Part shown: piece after piece, positions 41,113 through 50,960 of the stretch
Position numbering within the stretch: position 1 is the first letter of the stretch
How the letters are laid out: every line of letters begins with the position of its first letter
Source of the DNA: an uncultured Verrucomicrobiae bacterium
GTDB lineage: Bacteria; Verrucomicrobiota; Verrucomicrobiia; Limisphaerales; Palsa-1400
Assembly: GCA_963707025.1 (NCBI GenBank)
Contig: CAVPOM010000006.1
Span: 1-64,000 of the forward strand
Length of the DNA: 64,000 nt
Reading direction: 5' to 3'
Position numbers and translations under genes: made by a program
Notes under the pieces: generated by a model
What the model saw: only the letters and a program-made list of their open reading frames with translations
Databases searched by the model: none
Told to the model about the DNA's origin: nothing

Positions 41113-41536
41113 AAATGCAAAATGCAAAATGCAAAATGCAAAATGTTTGCTCATATTCACTTTCCGCGACTTTTGTTGATTATGGTGATGAAAATGGCAA
41201 TTAGTTCGCGTGTTTCGCCGAGGAGCGGCGCCGTTTTTGCCGGGCGGACGAGGCCCTCATCAACCAGCAACTCAATCCAGTATTCAGTTTCCTCCAATTC
41301 CCGAAGGGAGTCACCCATCTTGGAAATGAATTCCGCCTTTGACCGCCCGCGGTTTGCCTCGCGATAATTGGCTCCCACAGAAGTCCCGGATCGGAGGAGT
41401 TGCTTTCCGAGGACTTGGGCGACGGTTTCCTTTGGCAATGAAGTGTACAGGTGGATGATGCGCCGCGCATATGCCTTCGTGCGTATTTTCAAATCATGTG
41501 GCTTGTTTTCCATTTTGCATTTTGCATTCTGCATTT
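41113..41536. repeat. Inverted (AAATGCA)n heptamer arrays enclosing the four-helix-bundle gene
   Basis: 41113-41145 and 41511-41536. Confidence 0.85.
41157..41513 (-). CDS. Four helix bundle protein (23S rRNA IVP-like family)
   Basis: QLLRSGTSVGANYREA, SKAEFISK, ELEETEYW. Confidence 0.92.
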   Translation of the reverse strand: MENKPHDLKIRTKAYARRIIHLYTSLPKETVAQVLGKQLLRSGTSVGANYREANRGRSKAEFISKMGDSLRELEETEYWIELLVDEGLVRPAKTAPLLGETRELIAIFITIINKSRGK

Positions 41537-42375
41537 AAGAGTTCTTTCTTTGCCGCCGCAACTTCCTCCGCGGTCGGCACGCGATAATGCCAGTTGTTGT
41601 CGTCCTCCATGAAAGAGACGCCCCGGCCTTTGACGGTGTGAGCCACGATGGCGATTGGCTTGCCGCTGCCATCGGGGATTTTTTCCATGGCCGCCGCCAG
41701 CGCGGCCAGGTCGTGCCCGTCCACTTCGCTGGCGCTCCAGCCGAAGGCGGCGAATTTGTCGCGCAAGGAGGGCAGGGCCATGATTTGGTTGCTGCGGCCG
41801 GTGGCCTGCCACTTGTTGTAGTCAACAATAAGGGCGACGTTTTCCAGCTTCTGATTGGGTGCGAACAGGGCGGCTTCCCACACAGAGCCTTCGTTGCATT
41901 CGCCGTCGCTCATGACCACCAGGACGCGGTAGTCCTGCTTTTGAATGCGGCCGGCCAGCGCCATGCCCAATCCCACCGGCAAGCCGTGGCCCAGGGAGCC
42001 GGTGGCCAGTTCCACTCCGGGCGCGCAGCCCAGCGCCGGCTGCTCGGCCAGCGGGCTGTGATGTTGGGCGAAGCTGTCCAGCCAGGCGGCGGGAAAGAAG
42101 TTCCGCGCGGCCAAGGTCGCATAAAGGGCGCTGGCCGCATGGCCCTTGCTCAGAATAAAGCGGTCGCGCAGCGGGTCGCGCGGGTTGGCGGGGTCTATCC
42201 TCAAGATTTTCCAGTAGGCCGCCACCAGAATGTCCACGCACGACAGCGCCGACCCCAAATGGGGCGTGCCGGCGGCGTGCGACATTTCGATCAATTTGAA
42301 GCGCAATTGGCGGGCGATCCGCTCCAAATCCGCCCCGCCGGCCGGGGCCGGGCTGGTTGCCGGAGCGGGGTTCAT
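41494..42375 (-). CDS. Transketolase N-terminal subunit
   Basis: LSKGH, TGSLGHG, SDGECNEG, VDGHD, TVKGRG. Confidence 0.92.
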   Translation of the reverse strand: MNPAPATSPAPAGGADLERIARQLRFKLIEMSHAAGTPHLGSALSCVDILVAAYWKILRIDPANPRDPLRDRFILSKGHAASALYATLAARNFFPAAWLDSFAQHHSPLAEQPALGCAPGVELATGSLGHGLPVGLGMALAGRIQKQDYRVLVVMSDGECNEGSVWEAALFAPNQKLENVALIVDYNKWQATGRSNQIMALPSLRDKFAAFGWSASEVDGHDLAALAAAMEKIPDGSGKPIAIVAHTVKGRGVSFMEDDNNWHYRVPTAEEVAAAKKELLNAECKMQNGKQAT

Positions 42376-43409
42376 TTGTGCGGGAAGTGAATCATGCAGT
42401 GGATCACTTCCCCCGAGCGCATTTTGGCGATGCCCTCGTTGATGTCGCGCAACGGGATGCGATGGGAAACAAAGCCGGTGACATCGTAAGCACCATCGCG
42501 CAGCAGGCGCAAATAACGGGGGATGTCCTCCGCCAGGCTGGCGCCGCCGTGCGAACCGGTCAGGACCCTGCCGAAATGGAGCGGGAGGGTGTTGATGGAA
42601 AGTTTATTCTCAAAATGCATCACGCCAAAAATGACGCAGCGTCCCGCCCGCCCCGTCAGGGAAAAGGCCTTTGCCAGCACCTGTGGATTGCCGGTGCCGT
42701 CCACCACCACATCGGGGGCGTGGCCTTCCAGGAGGCGCAAGGCTTCCAGGGCGAAATCGGTTTTGGAGGAATTGATGAGGTGGGTGGCGCCGTAAGCGGC
42801 GGCCTTCTGTAATTTATGGTCGTGGAGATCCACCGCGATAATGGGGTTGGCCCCGGCCAGGCGCGCGCCCAGCACGACGCCCAGGCCGATGCCGCCGCAA
42901 CCGATAATGACCAGCGACTCGCCGATTTTGACCTTGGCATCATTGGAAATGACGCCGAAACCGGTGGTGAGCGTGTCGGCCAGGAGCGAGCAAACTTCGA
43001 AATCTGTGCCCGGGGGAACGGCGGTGAGGCGGTTTTCCGAAATGATGGCGTAGTCGTTAAAAGTGGTGATCCAGCCCGCGCTGGCTTTTTTGCCGTTCCA
43101 GCCATAGACCGGCGGGCGGGCTTCGATGCCTTTGCCCGGACGCCAATGGAGGACGACCCGGTCGCCGGGTTTGACCTGGCGTACTTCGGGACCCACCTCC
43201 ATGACCAGGCCGCCGCCCTCGTGGCCGAGCAGATGGGGCAGAAAAGGATCCGGGCCTTTGACGCCGTCAATTTCTCCCAGTTGCGATCCGCAAATGCGGC
43301 TGACGTGGACTTGGACGAGGACCTGCCCGTAGCTGAGGGGCGGAATCTCCACCTCATCCAGCACGAGGGGATGTTTTTGTTCAACCAGGATGGCGGCGGC
43401 AGTTTTCAC
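42372..43409 (-). CDS. Zinc-binding alcohol dehydrogenase family protein
   Basis: ICGS, LGHEG, GCGGIG. Confidence 0.9.
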   Translation of the reverse strand: MKTAAAILVEQKHPLVLDEVEIPPLSYGQVLVQVHVSRICGSQLGEIDGVKGPDPFLPHLLGHEGGGLVMEVGPEVRQVKPGDRVVLHWRPGKGIEARPPVYGWNGKKASAGWITTFNDYAIISENRLTAVPPGTDFEVCSLLADTLTTGFGVISNDAKVKIGESLVIIGCGGIGLGVVLGARLAGANPIIAVDLHDHKLQKAAAYGATHLINSSKTDFALEALRLLEGHAPDVVVDGTGNPQVLAKAFSLTGRAGRCVIFGVMHFENKLSINTLPLHFGRVLTGSHGGASLAEDIPRYLRLLRDGAYDVTGFVSHRIPLRDINEGIAKMRSGEVIHCMIHFPHK

Positions 43410-43445
43410 AATGGCAATTGACCGGTCCAGCTAAGCACAAGACGC

Positions 43446-44979
43446 TTAAAAATTCAAGAGCGACGAACCGCTGTTGAGCAGGGTGTGCTTGGAGATGGGG
43501 CGCTGGTTGCCGACAATCTTGACCGCCTGGGCGCCGGCCAGTTGGCCCAAAAATGTGCCCAAGGCAATGGGAAGCTGCCGGGCGGCGGCCAGGGCGGCCA
43601 GGGAGAAAAAGGCGTCGCCCGCGCCAATCGTGTCCACCACTTCGGTCTCCAGCGGGGGACACAGGCTTTGCGCCTGGTCCCGCAAACCAATGGTCTGCAC
43701 CGAGCCGCGCGTCAGCCAGGCGTAGCGCGATTTTAAATGCTCGCGCAGTTTCTTTAATTCCGCCAGGTGATCCAGATGGCGGTGCCCGCAGGAGAGCATC
43801 ATTTCCTGTTCGTCCAGGGTGAAGGCGTCGGCCCGGCGATATTGGCGGCTGATGATGTTGAAGCCGTGATTGTTGCTGTTGGTCTGGCAGTTGAGGGCCA
43901 GGAGCGGGGCGGCTTCCTGCACCAGCGCGCGCAGGGGCGGCTGCATCAGGCCGTGGCCGAAATCCAGCAGCAGCACCACGTCGGTCCCGGCGATTTCCTC
44001 GCGCAGCCGGGCCGCCAGGCGGGCCTGCGCCTCCGGGCCGGGGGCGCCGGCATCAATATAATTGACGGAGAAAAGTTTGCTCAATTCCTTGCCTTCCATC
44101 AGCGGCTCGACGTAGCGCTGCTTGATGATGGTGGTGAAGGCCGGGTCGCGGATGGATTTGTCCTCCTCCGGCGCGACCTGCGCGCGCAGGAACGGGTCCA
44201 CCCAGGGTTCGGTTCCGAGCAGGCTGAGGAAGCGCACCTGGCTGGTGAATTGCCGGAACGTGGCGGAAGACGGCCAGGGCGCCGCCGCACTGGGTTTCCT
44301 CGTGGAGAAACCGCCCGGAAATGATGCGGTTTTTGGAGGTCAGTCCCTGCACTTTGAGGAAGGAATAGCGGTCAAAAATGGTGTCGCCCATCACCAGCAC
44401 CTTCAAGCCGGCAAAGCTTTCCACCGCCTCGCGGAAATCTTTCATGGAGAATTCCCGCGCCAGGGCGTGGCAAAAGTCCTTCACCCCCTCCGGCAAATGC
44501 TCGAAATTGTGATTGAGCAATTTGGTGGCGCTGAAAATAACCGAGCCGGCGTAGCGGACCGCGGCCCCGACTTTCCCGGCCGTGGCGAGGTCTTTCTGGA
44601 GAAACTCATTCTTCTGGACGTTCGCCTCGTAATCCTTGCCCAGACAGTAAACATCGGGGCGGACGGCTTCGAGGACGGGGGAGGCGCTGGCAAAGGAGGT
44701 CACCACCACGTAATCCACACAGGACAGGGCGGCCAGGGTGCGGGCGCGCAGTTGTTCTTTGCAGAAGGGGCGGCCCGGGCCTTTGTTGACAAATTTGTCG
44801 GCCGTGAGGGAGACGACGAGCAGGTCGCCCAGGGCGCGGGCCTCTTCCAGATGGACGATGTAGCCCGGATGCAGCAGATCAAAGATGCCGTGGCAAAGGA
44901 CAATGCGCCGGCCCTGCTGCCGCAGGCCGGCAAAGAGGGCGGCGGCGGATTCAAAAGGGATTATTTTGGCGGCGGACAT
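43446..44979 (-). CDS. RfaE/HldE-like cytidylyltransferase plus PfkB kinase, frameshifted near 44255
   Basis: CHGIFDLLHPG, VNKGPGRP; DFGHG, DTIGAGDAF. Confidence 0.85.
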
Positions 44980-45238
44980 TTCAGATTTTCAGTTCAAGAG
45001 CCGGTTGCAAATCCCGGCATATTCCGGTCATGTTTTAGCCCGGCATGATTTCACAGGGCGGCGGCGGTTGGCAACCTTTTTTGCCCTGCGAATTTGGCTC
45101 CCGGCACATCCTGACACTGCTGCCGGCGGAGTGCGGCCGTCCCCGGCCGCAGCAAGCCAGGGTTTGTTTGCGTGCTCAGGAATATCACCGCCGCGCCGTG
45201 TTTCCCACTCTGCTGCGCCCGGGGACGGGGAATGGCGC

Positions 45239-45586
45239 TTAAATAAGACCTAAAACTTTCTTACCCAGCCTCTTACGACGCGGGGGATGCGGGATGGTTT
45301 CAAACAAGACCTGACGGCTCAAGCGTTGCATGGCTTTGATGGTGGCTTGCACCTCCCGCCACTCGGCAATGGCGTCATGGAGCCACTCATATTGTTCTTT
45401 GGAGAGAGCGACACTGACCGTTTTGCCTTTGACCTTGCGGGTCCACTGATAACAAGGGCCGCCTGCTCCGGGGCCGCGGTCTTGCACGTAGCCCTCGCTG
45501 ATCCAGCCGGTTCTGGCCAGCCGGTCGCGTAATTGGGCGTATTGGGCCTGCCATTGGGCTGGCCGGGTTGTTTTGTGAGTCGGCAT
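45239..45586 (-). CDS. Small basic IS-accessory protein (DUF6788-like)
   Basis: GPCYQWTRKVKGKTVS; stop codon lies inside the left TIR. Confidence 0.7.
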   Translation of the reverse strand: MPTHKTTRPAQWQAQYAQLRDRLARTGWISEGYVQDRGPGAGGPCYQWTRKVKGKTVSVALSKEQYEWLHDAIAEWREVQATIKAMQRLSRQVLFETIPHPPRRKRLGKKVLGLI

Positions 45587-45611
45587 AAAGAAAAGAGTAG
45601 CAGACGTGTCA

Positions 45612-45637
45612 ATAAGGCGGTATATATACCGCCTTAT
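45612..45637. promoter_or_regulatory. Perfect 26-bp palindrome overlapping the transposase start
   Basis: ATAAGGCGGTATATATACCGCCTTAT. Confidence 0.7.
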
Positions 45638-47124
45638 GCCCGACACCCCCTTCTTCCCGGCCTGGCGGCCCCGTCTGGCGGCGGCGGGCCGCCGCTGTGC
45701 CCACAGCCTGGCGCGCCTCCGTCACGCCACCTTGAGTCAGATCGAGGACCGCCTGGCTCCCGCCTTGCCCACCGACCTCCTGCGAAAACCGGCCGCCGGC
45801 GACTACTCCCGCGAGCAGGTTTACACTCTGGTTCGCACCTGGTGGTGCTGGGTCTGGCCAGTCTTCCAAGCCAACACTTCCTGCCGCCACGTCGTCCTTC
45901 AGGTGCAGGCCCTGCTGGCCTTGGTCCAAGGCCCGGAACCGGAGCCGGACAGCAGCGCCTATTGCCAGGCCCGCGCCAAACTCCCCCTGGCCTTGCTGGA
46001 GCAAGCCTTCGCGGCCAGCGCCGACAGCGCCGAAAAGCGCGCCCCGGCCAGTACGCTGCTACAGGGCCGCCCGTTGAAAGCGGTCGATGGCAGCGGCACC
46101 CACCTGCCCGACACCCCGGCCAATCGGGCGGCCTTTCCCCCCAGCCAAAGCCTGCAGCCCGGCGGCGGCTTTCCCCACCTGCGCGTGGTGGCTCTGTTCT
46201 CCGCCGCCAGCGGCGCCCTTTTGGCCAAAGCCACCGGCAGCCTGCGCTCCTCCGAACTGGCTCTGTTTCTCCACGGCTTGCGCTCGGCTTTGCACCCCGG
46301 CGACATCCTCTTGGGCGACCGCGCCTATGGGGTTTATATTATCGCCGCCGTCCTCCAACTCCTGGGCGTGGATTTGCTCGCGCGGGTCTCCGTGCGCAAC
46401 CGCAAGGTGGATTTCCGCCAGGCCCGCCAACGCCTGGGTCACTGGGACGCGCTCTTTACCTGGTCCAAACCCGGCCGGCCTTCGCCCCTGCTTTCGTTCC
46501 TGGAATGGCTCGGACTGCCGCCGCAGATCACGGTGCGGGTGCTGCGCGCGCGCCTGAGCCGGGCCAGGCTTCCGCACCCGCCACCTGACCCTGGTCACGA
46601 CCCTGTTGGATGCGGCGCTTTTTCCAGCGGAGGAACTGGCGGCCGCTTATGCCCGGCGCTGGCGCATGGAACTGTGCCTGGACGATCTCAAAACCACCCT
46701 GGGCATGCAGAGCCTGCATTGCCTCTGTCCCCGCATGGTGGAGAAAGAACTCCTGCTCTTCCTCACCGCCCATAATTTCCTGCGCTGGATCATGGCCGAA
46801 GCCGCGCAAAGCCAGAACGTGGACTTGGATCGGATCAGTTTCAAAGGCAGCCTGGACGCCTTCCGGCAATGGACGCAGGCACTGGCACAACTCGGACACG
46901 CCCGGAACAAAGGGGGACGGCGCCGCCAATTATGGCAGCGGCTGCTCCGAAGGCTGGCGACCGATCTGGTGCCCAGGCGTCCGGGAAGAGCGGAGCCGCG
47001 CGCTGTCAAGAAACGATCCAAATACCCCCATTTGAACAAATCGCGGCATCAATACCGCCAGCCCTGGAGCCGCAATAAACGCCGCCGTCTGGCCCGGGCC
47101 AAAAGAAAGGCTTCCCTTATTTAA
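45636..47124 (+). CDS. IS4-family transposase, frameshifted near 46562
   Basis: AYCQARAKL, VDGS, GDRAY, YARRWRMELCLDDLK, EPRAVK. Confidence 0.9.
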
Positions 47125-47201
47125 GCGCCATTCCCCGGGGACGGGCGCACTCCTGTCGCATTCTTGCGCCTGACGCCGGTAGCAGCGTCAAGATCCGCCC
47201 T

Positions 47202-47603
47202 TTGGCTCCCGGGAAAACCCGGAAGAGAAAATGGCTTGCGCCGGAACCAGTCTTATGTTTAGTTGCCCATAGCTTGCAATTGCCGCGACGCCATTTGGGC
47301 TTGGTGAAGGCGACTAAAACCGCCGCGGGGGGGATTTGCCTGGCCTTGGTGCTGGGGTTGTCGCTTCTGGCCGCCAACCAGTCTCTCCACCGGCTGTTTC
47401 ACAGGGATGCGGATGACGCCGGCCATGAGTGCGCGGTCACTCTTTTTGCTCACGGCCAGGTTCTGCATTCGTTGCCCGAATTGAAGGCCGCTTTGGTGGT
47501 TGTTGGCGTTGCTTGGCTGATGGCCTTGCCGAAATCTGTTATCCCGCCGGCCAGGGCATGGGTGTTGGCACCCGGACGCGGACCGCCTGTTTGCCTCTCC
47601 TGA
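47202..47603 (+). CDS. DUF2946-like small His/Cys protein (start uncertain)
   Basis: LH..FH.D....HECAV and C-terminal GRGPP. Confidence 0.6.
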   Translation: MAPGKTRKRKWLAPEPVLCLVAHSLQLPRRHLGLVKATKTAAGGICLALVLGLSLLAANQSLHRLFHRDADDAGHECAVTLFAHGQVLHSLPELKAALVVVGVAWLMALPKSVIPPARAWVLAPGRGPPVCLS

Positions 47604-47755
47604 TTTGGCAAAGTCTCCGAAGGATGAATTGTGATTTGACGCAATGGTCGCGTCTGCAATCCGCCCAAGGAGAATTCCTTTTACTGTTTACCGGCCTGTC
47701 TGCGGCCAGTTCCGCCATTGCGAAGCAGACGTCGGCCTTAGAGCCGTGGAAACTG

Positions 47756-48499
47756 ATGGATGCTGTTTTAAAAATTGAAAAGCTGCGCGTCGAATTCCGC
47801 TCCAAGGAGCTGGGGCAGCCGCTCAAGGTCGCGGTGAACGATCTGAGCCTGGCCGTGACCGCCGGGCAAGTCTTCGGGTTTCTCGGCCCGAACGGCGCGG
47901 GCAAGACGACGACCATGAATGTGCTGCTCGGTTTCGTGAACGCGACCAGCGGAGACGCCTGGCTTTTTGGAACCAACGTGCGCGAACCGATCGCCCGGCA
48001 GCGCATCGGCTACCTGCCGGAGCTGACCTACTATTACAAGTTTCTCAATGTCGAAGAGCTCCTTCGCTTATACGCCCGTATTTTTAATATCCCGAAAATC
48101 GAGACGGACCGGCGCGTTGACGCGGTTCTGAAACTGGTGGAACTGGATCATGCGCGAAAACGCCTGATCAAGACCTACTCCAAGGGAATGCAACAACGCG
48201 CCGGCCTGGCCCAGGCCCTGATTAACAACCCTGAGTTGTTGATCCTGGACGAGCCGACGAGCGGCCTGGACCCGGTTGGACGAATGAAGGTCAGGGAAAT
48301 CATTCAACGTCTCAAAAACGAGGGCAAAACGGTTTTCTTCTCTTCCCACGAATTGGGCGAGGTGGAGACGGTGTGCGACCGGGTGGCGATCCTGCATGAG
48401 GGGGAACTAAAGGAAGAGGGCAGCGTCAAGGGACTCGCGGAAAAGTATCAGTGCAATCTTGAGCAGGCATTTTTGCGCGTGATTGGCTACCAGGCCTGA
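47756..48499 (+). CDS. ABC transporter ATP-binding protein
   Basis: GPNGAGKTT, YSKGMQQR, LDEP. Confidence 0.93.
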   Translation: MDAVLKIEKLRVEFRSKELGQPLKVAVNDLSLAVTAGQVFGFLGPNGAGKTTTMNVLLGFVNATSGDAWLFGTNVREPIARQRIGYLPELTYYYKFLNVEELLRLYARIFNIPKIETDRRVDAVLKLVELDHARKRLIKTYSKGMQQRAGLAQALINNPELLILDEPTSGLDPVGRMKVREIIQRLKNEGKTVFFSSHELGEVETVCDRVAILHEGELKEEGSVKGLAEKYQCNLEQAFLRVIGYQA

Positions 48500-48505
48500 T
48501 TCTTT

Positions 48506-49282
48506 ATGAAAAACATTTGGGCGTTATCGTCTGTCGTTCTGAAAGAAAGCGTGCGTCGCAAGGACTTTTACGTCTTGTTCGTGGTCACGGCCATCATCAC
48601 TTTGGTAATGGGTTCTGTCACCCTGTTCCACGACAGCCAGATTGTGCGTTACCTCAAGGAAATTTGTCTGCTGTTGATTTGGATTTCCTCACTGGTGATC
48701 GCCATTACCATGGCTGCGCGGCAGATTCCCGCGGAACGGGAGAGCCGCACGATTTATCCGCTGCTGGCCAAACCGATTACGCGCACGGAAGTGCTTCTGG
48801 GCAAGTTTCTCGGCTGCTGGCTGGCGATGGCCGTGGCGTTGGTTGCCTTCTATATTTTCTTTGGATTGGTGGCGATGACCAAGGAGCATCATTGGCCGCT
48901 GGCGAACTATTTTCAGGCGGTGTGGCTGCATTGGGTCATGCTGGGCGTGGTCGTCGCCATCAGCCTCTTGGGATCGCTGCTCTTCAGCGCGGTTTCCGCC
49001 AACGTCACCATTTCCTTGGTGGCGGTGACATTCATCTTGTTGATCGGCCGCCATCTGGACCATATCGCCGTGCAATTCGGCGAACCGGCGCGCAGCGGGT
49101 TGATGGCGCTGTTCTTTGTCATTCCCCATTTGGAGTTTTTCGATGTGCGTGATCTGGTCATACATAATTGGCCCTCCATCCACTGGCTGGTCTGCCTGAA
49201 GGCGACGGCTTACGGCGCTGGTTATGGAGCGTTTTTTCTGCTGGCGGCGTGCTGGTCATTCCGCCGCCGCGCTTTGAACTGA
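48506..49282 (+). CDS. ABC-2 type permease
   Basis: ERESRTIYPLLAKPITR...LGKFLG; multiple TM segments. Confidence 0.88.
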   Translation: MKNIWALSSVVLKESVRRKDFYVLFVVTAIITLVMGSVTLFHDSQIVRYLKEICLLLIWISSLVIAITMAARQIPAERESRTIYPLLAKPITRTEVLLGKFLGCWLAMAVALVAFYIFFGLVAMTKEHHWPLANYFQAVWLHWVMLGVVVAISLLGSLLFSAVSANVTISLVAVTFILLIGRHLDHIAVQFGEPARSGLMALFFVIPHLEFFDVRDLVIHNWPSIHWLVCLKATAYGAGYGAFFLLAACWSFRRRALN

Positions 49283-49294
49283 ACGAAAGGCCAG

Positions 49295-50203
49295 ATGATG
49301 ACCACGCCACCTCCCCAAGCCAGCGCCAAGCGCCCAACCAGGAACTTTTCCGCGCTGCTTTGCTTGTCTCTGCTGCTGGTTTGTGGCTTTTGCCTGGCCA
49401 CGGATTTGAGCCTGTGGTTTCGCGATTGGCCGGGCAACCGGACCCAATCCGCCAATCCCATGACGGTGGCGATGGGTGACGCCTGCCACCTCTTTGCCAA
49501 TCACTTCTTTGTGAAAGCCGACGTGTATTTCCACAGTGGGATGTATCCCACCATTTACGACAACCTCGAATCGTTTAAGACGCCCCACATCGCGGAGGAT
49601 TCCGGGGCCATGAAAAGCAAAAACACCGGCGACGAAACCGCTTTTCTCGGCCCGCCGCGCAACTGGATTGATGCCTTCGGCCGGCAGTTTTACCCGTCGG
49701 TTCACACCCATCTGAGCGATGGCGGCGCCAACGGCCAGGAGGGCGAAGGAACGGTGGGTGAAGTCCTGCCGTGGCTGAAGCTTTCCACGGAGTTGGACCC
49801 AAAACGGGTGGAGGTCTATACGGTCACGGCCTATTGGCTGCGCCGCCTGGACAAGATAGACGAGAGCGAACAAGAGTTGCGGGAAGGATTGAAGGAGAAT
49901 TCGGGCGATCCGCAATTGCTCTTTGACTTGGGCCGGCTGTTTTTTGAGGCCCGCCATAATCCCATCAGCGCGCGCAACGTCTGGGAAGCGGGGCTGCGCA
50001 ATCTGGAGGGCCTGCCGGACAAGGACAGCGACAAGAACAAGTTTGTCGCCGAAGAGATACTCGCCGCCTTGGCGAACTTGGAAGAGACCGAGCATCATCC
50101 CAGCCAGGCCATCCGCTTGCTGGAACGCCTGAAGGAGGTCTCGGCGACCCCGCAAACCGTCCAAGGATGGATAGACCGGCTGAAAGGCCAGAAAGATCCA
50201 TGA
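49295..50203 (+). CDS. Membrane-anchored TPR-like protein
   Basis: N-terminal TM, KADVYFHSG, ELDP, helical C-terminus. Confidence 0.65.
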   Translation: MMTTPPPQASAKRPTRNFSALLCLSLLLVCGFCLATDLSLWFRDWPGNRTQSANPMTVAMGDACHLFANHFFVKADVYFHSGMYPTIYDNLESFKTPHIAEDSGAMKSKNTGDETAFLGPPRNWIDAFGRQFYPSVHTHLSDGGANGQEGEGTVGEVLPWLKLSTELDPKRVEVYTVTAYWLRRLDKIDESEQELREGLKENSGDPQLLFDLGRLFFEARHNPISARNVWEAGLRNLEGLPDKDSDKNKFVAEEILAALANLEETEHHPSQAIRLLERLKEVSATPQTVQGWIDRLKGQKDP

Positions 50204-50273
50204 GCGCCACCGCCGCCATTATGATCCGCGCGAACAAGATTGAGGAAAACGCGATAAGCCACCTGAAATCACC

Positions 50274-50960
50274 ATGCCATTACTTGAAATATCCCAACTA
50301 AAAAAGACCTTCGTCGCGCCTGACGGCTCGGAACACACGGTCGTAGATATCAAGAGCTACGGCCTGGCGGAAAAGGCGCAGGTCGCGCTGGCCGGCGAGA
50401 GCGGCTCCGGCAAGACCACGCTCCTGCATTTGATCGCGGGCATCCTCAAGCCGGATGCCGGCTCGCTGGTCTTGGCCGGCACGGAAATGTCCTCGCTGAG
50501 CGAAGCGCAACGCGACCGCCTGCGCGCCACCACCATCGGCTACATTTTTCAAACGTTCAATTTGTTGCAAGGTTACACCTGCCTGGAAAATGTCCTCCTC
50601 GGAATGTCTTTTGGGCCGGGAGCGGACCGCGTTTTCGCACGGGAATTGTTGGAGCGCGTCGGACTGGGAAATCGTCTGAAACATTACCCGCGGCAATTGT
50701 CCTCCGGACAGCAGCAGCGGGTGGCGGTGGCCCGCGCGCTGGCGAACCGGCCAAAATTGGTGCTGGCGGACGAACCGACCGGAAACCTGGACCACAAGAA
50801 CGCGACGGAAGCGCTCTCGTTGATCCGCACGGCGTGCCAGGAAAATGGCGCGGCCTTGCTTTTGGTCAGTCACGACCGCGAGGTGCTGAGCCAATTCGAG
50901 ATGGTGCAGGCCTTGGAGCAAATCAATCAGCCATCTTCCACGGAGGCACAATCTATATGA
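50274..50960 (+). CDS. ABC ATP-binding protein (LolD/MacB type)
   Basis: GESGSGKTT, LSSGQQQR, ADEPTGNLD. Confidence 0.93.
   Translation: MPLLEISQLKKTFVAPDGSEHTVVDIKSYGLAEKAQVALAGESGSGKTTLLHLIAGILKPDAGSLVLAGTEMSSLSEAQRDRLRATTIGYIFQTFNLLQGYTCLENVLLGMSFGPGADRVFARELLERVGLGNRLKHYPRQLSSGQQQRVAVARALANRPKLVLADEPTGNLDHKNATEALSLIRTACQENGAALLLVSHDREVLSQFEMVQALEQINQPSSTEAQSI

Larger units (their letters stand above)
45230..47133 (+). mobile_element. IS4-family element carrying a divergent accessory gene
   Basis: 18-bp perfect TIR GAATGGCGCTTAAATAAG; 12-bp TSD CCCGGGGACGGG. Confidence 0.93.

Noticed and set aside
41157..41513. DGR accessory Avd serving the FGE target
   Set aside because: Related fold, but the motifs are those of the stand-alone four-helix-bundle family and there is no adjacent RT or TR.
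46555..46575. Programmed frameshift in the IS4 or RAYT transposases
   Set aside because: No slippery heptamer is evident and similar indels occur in unrelated metabolic genes.
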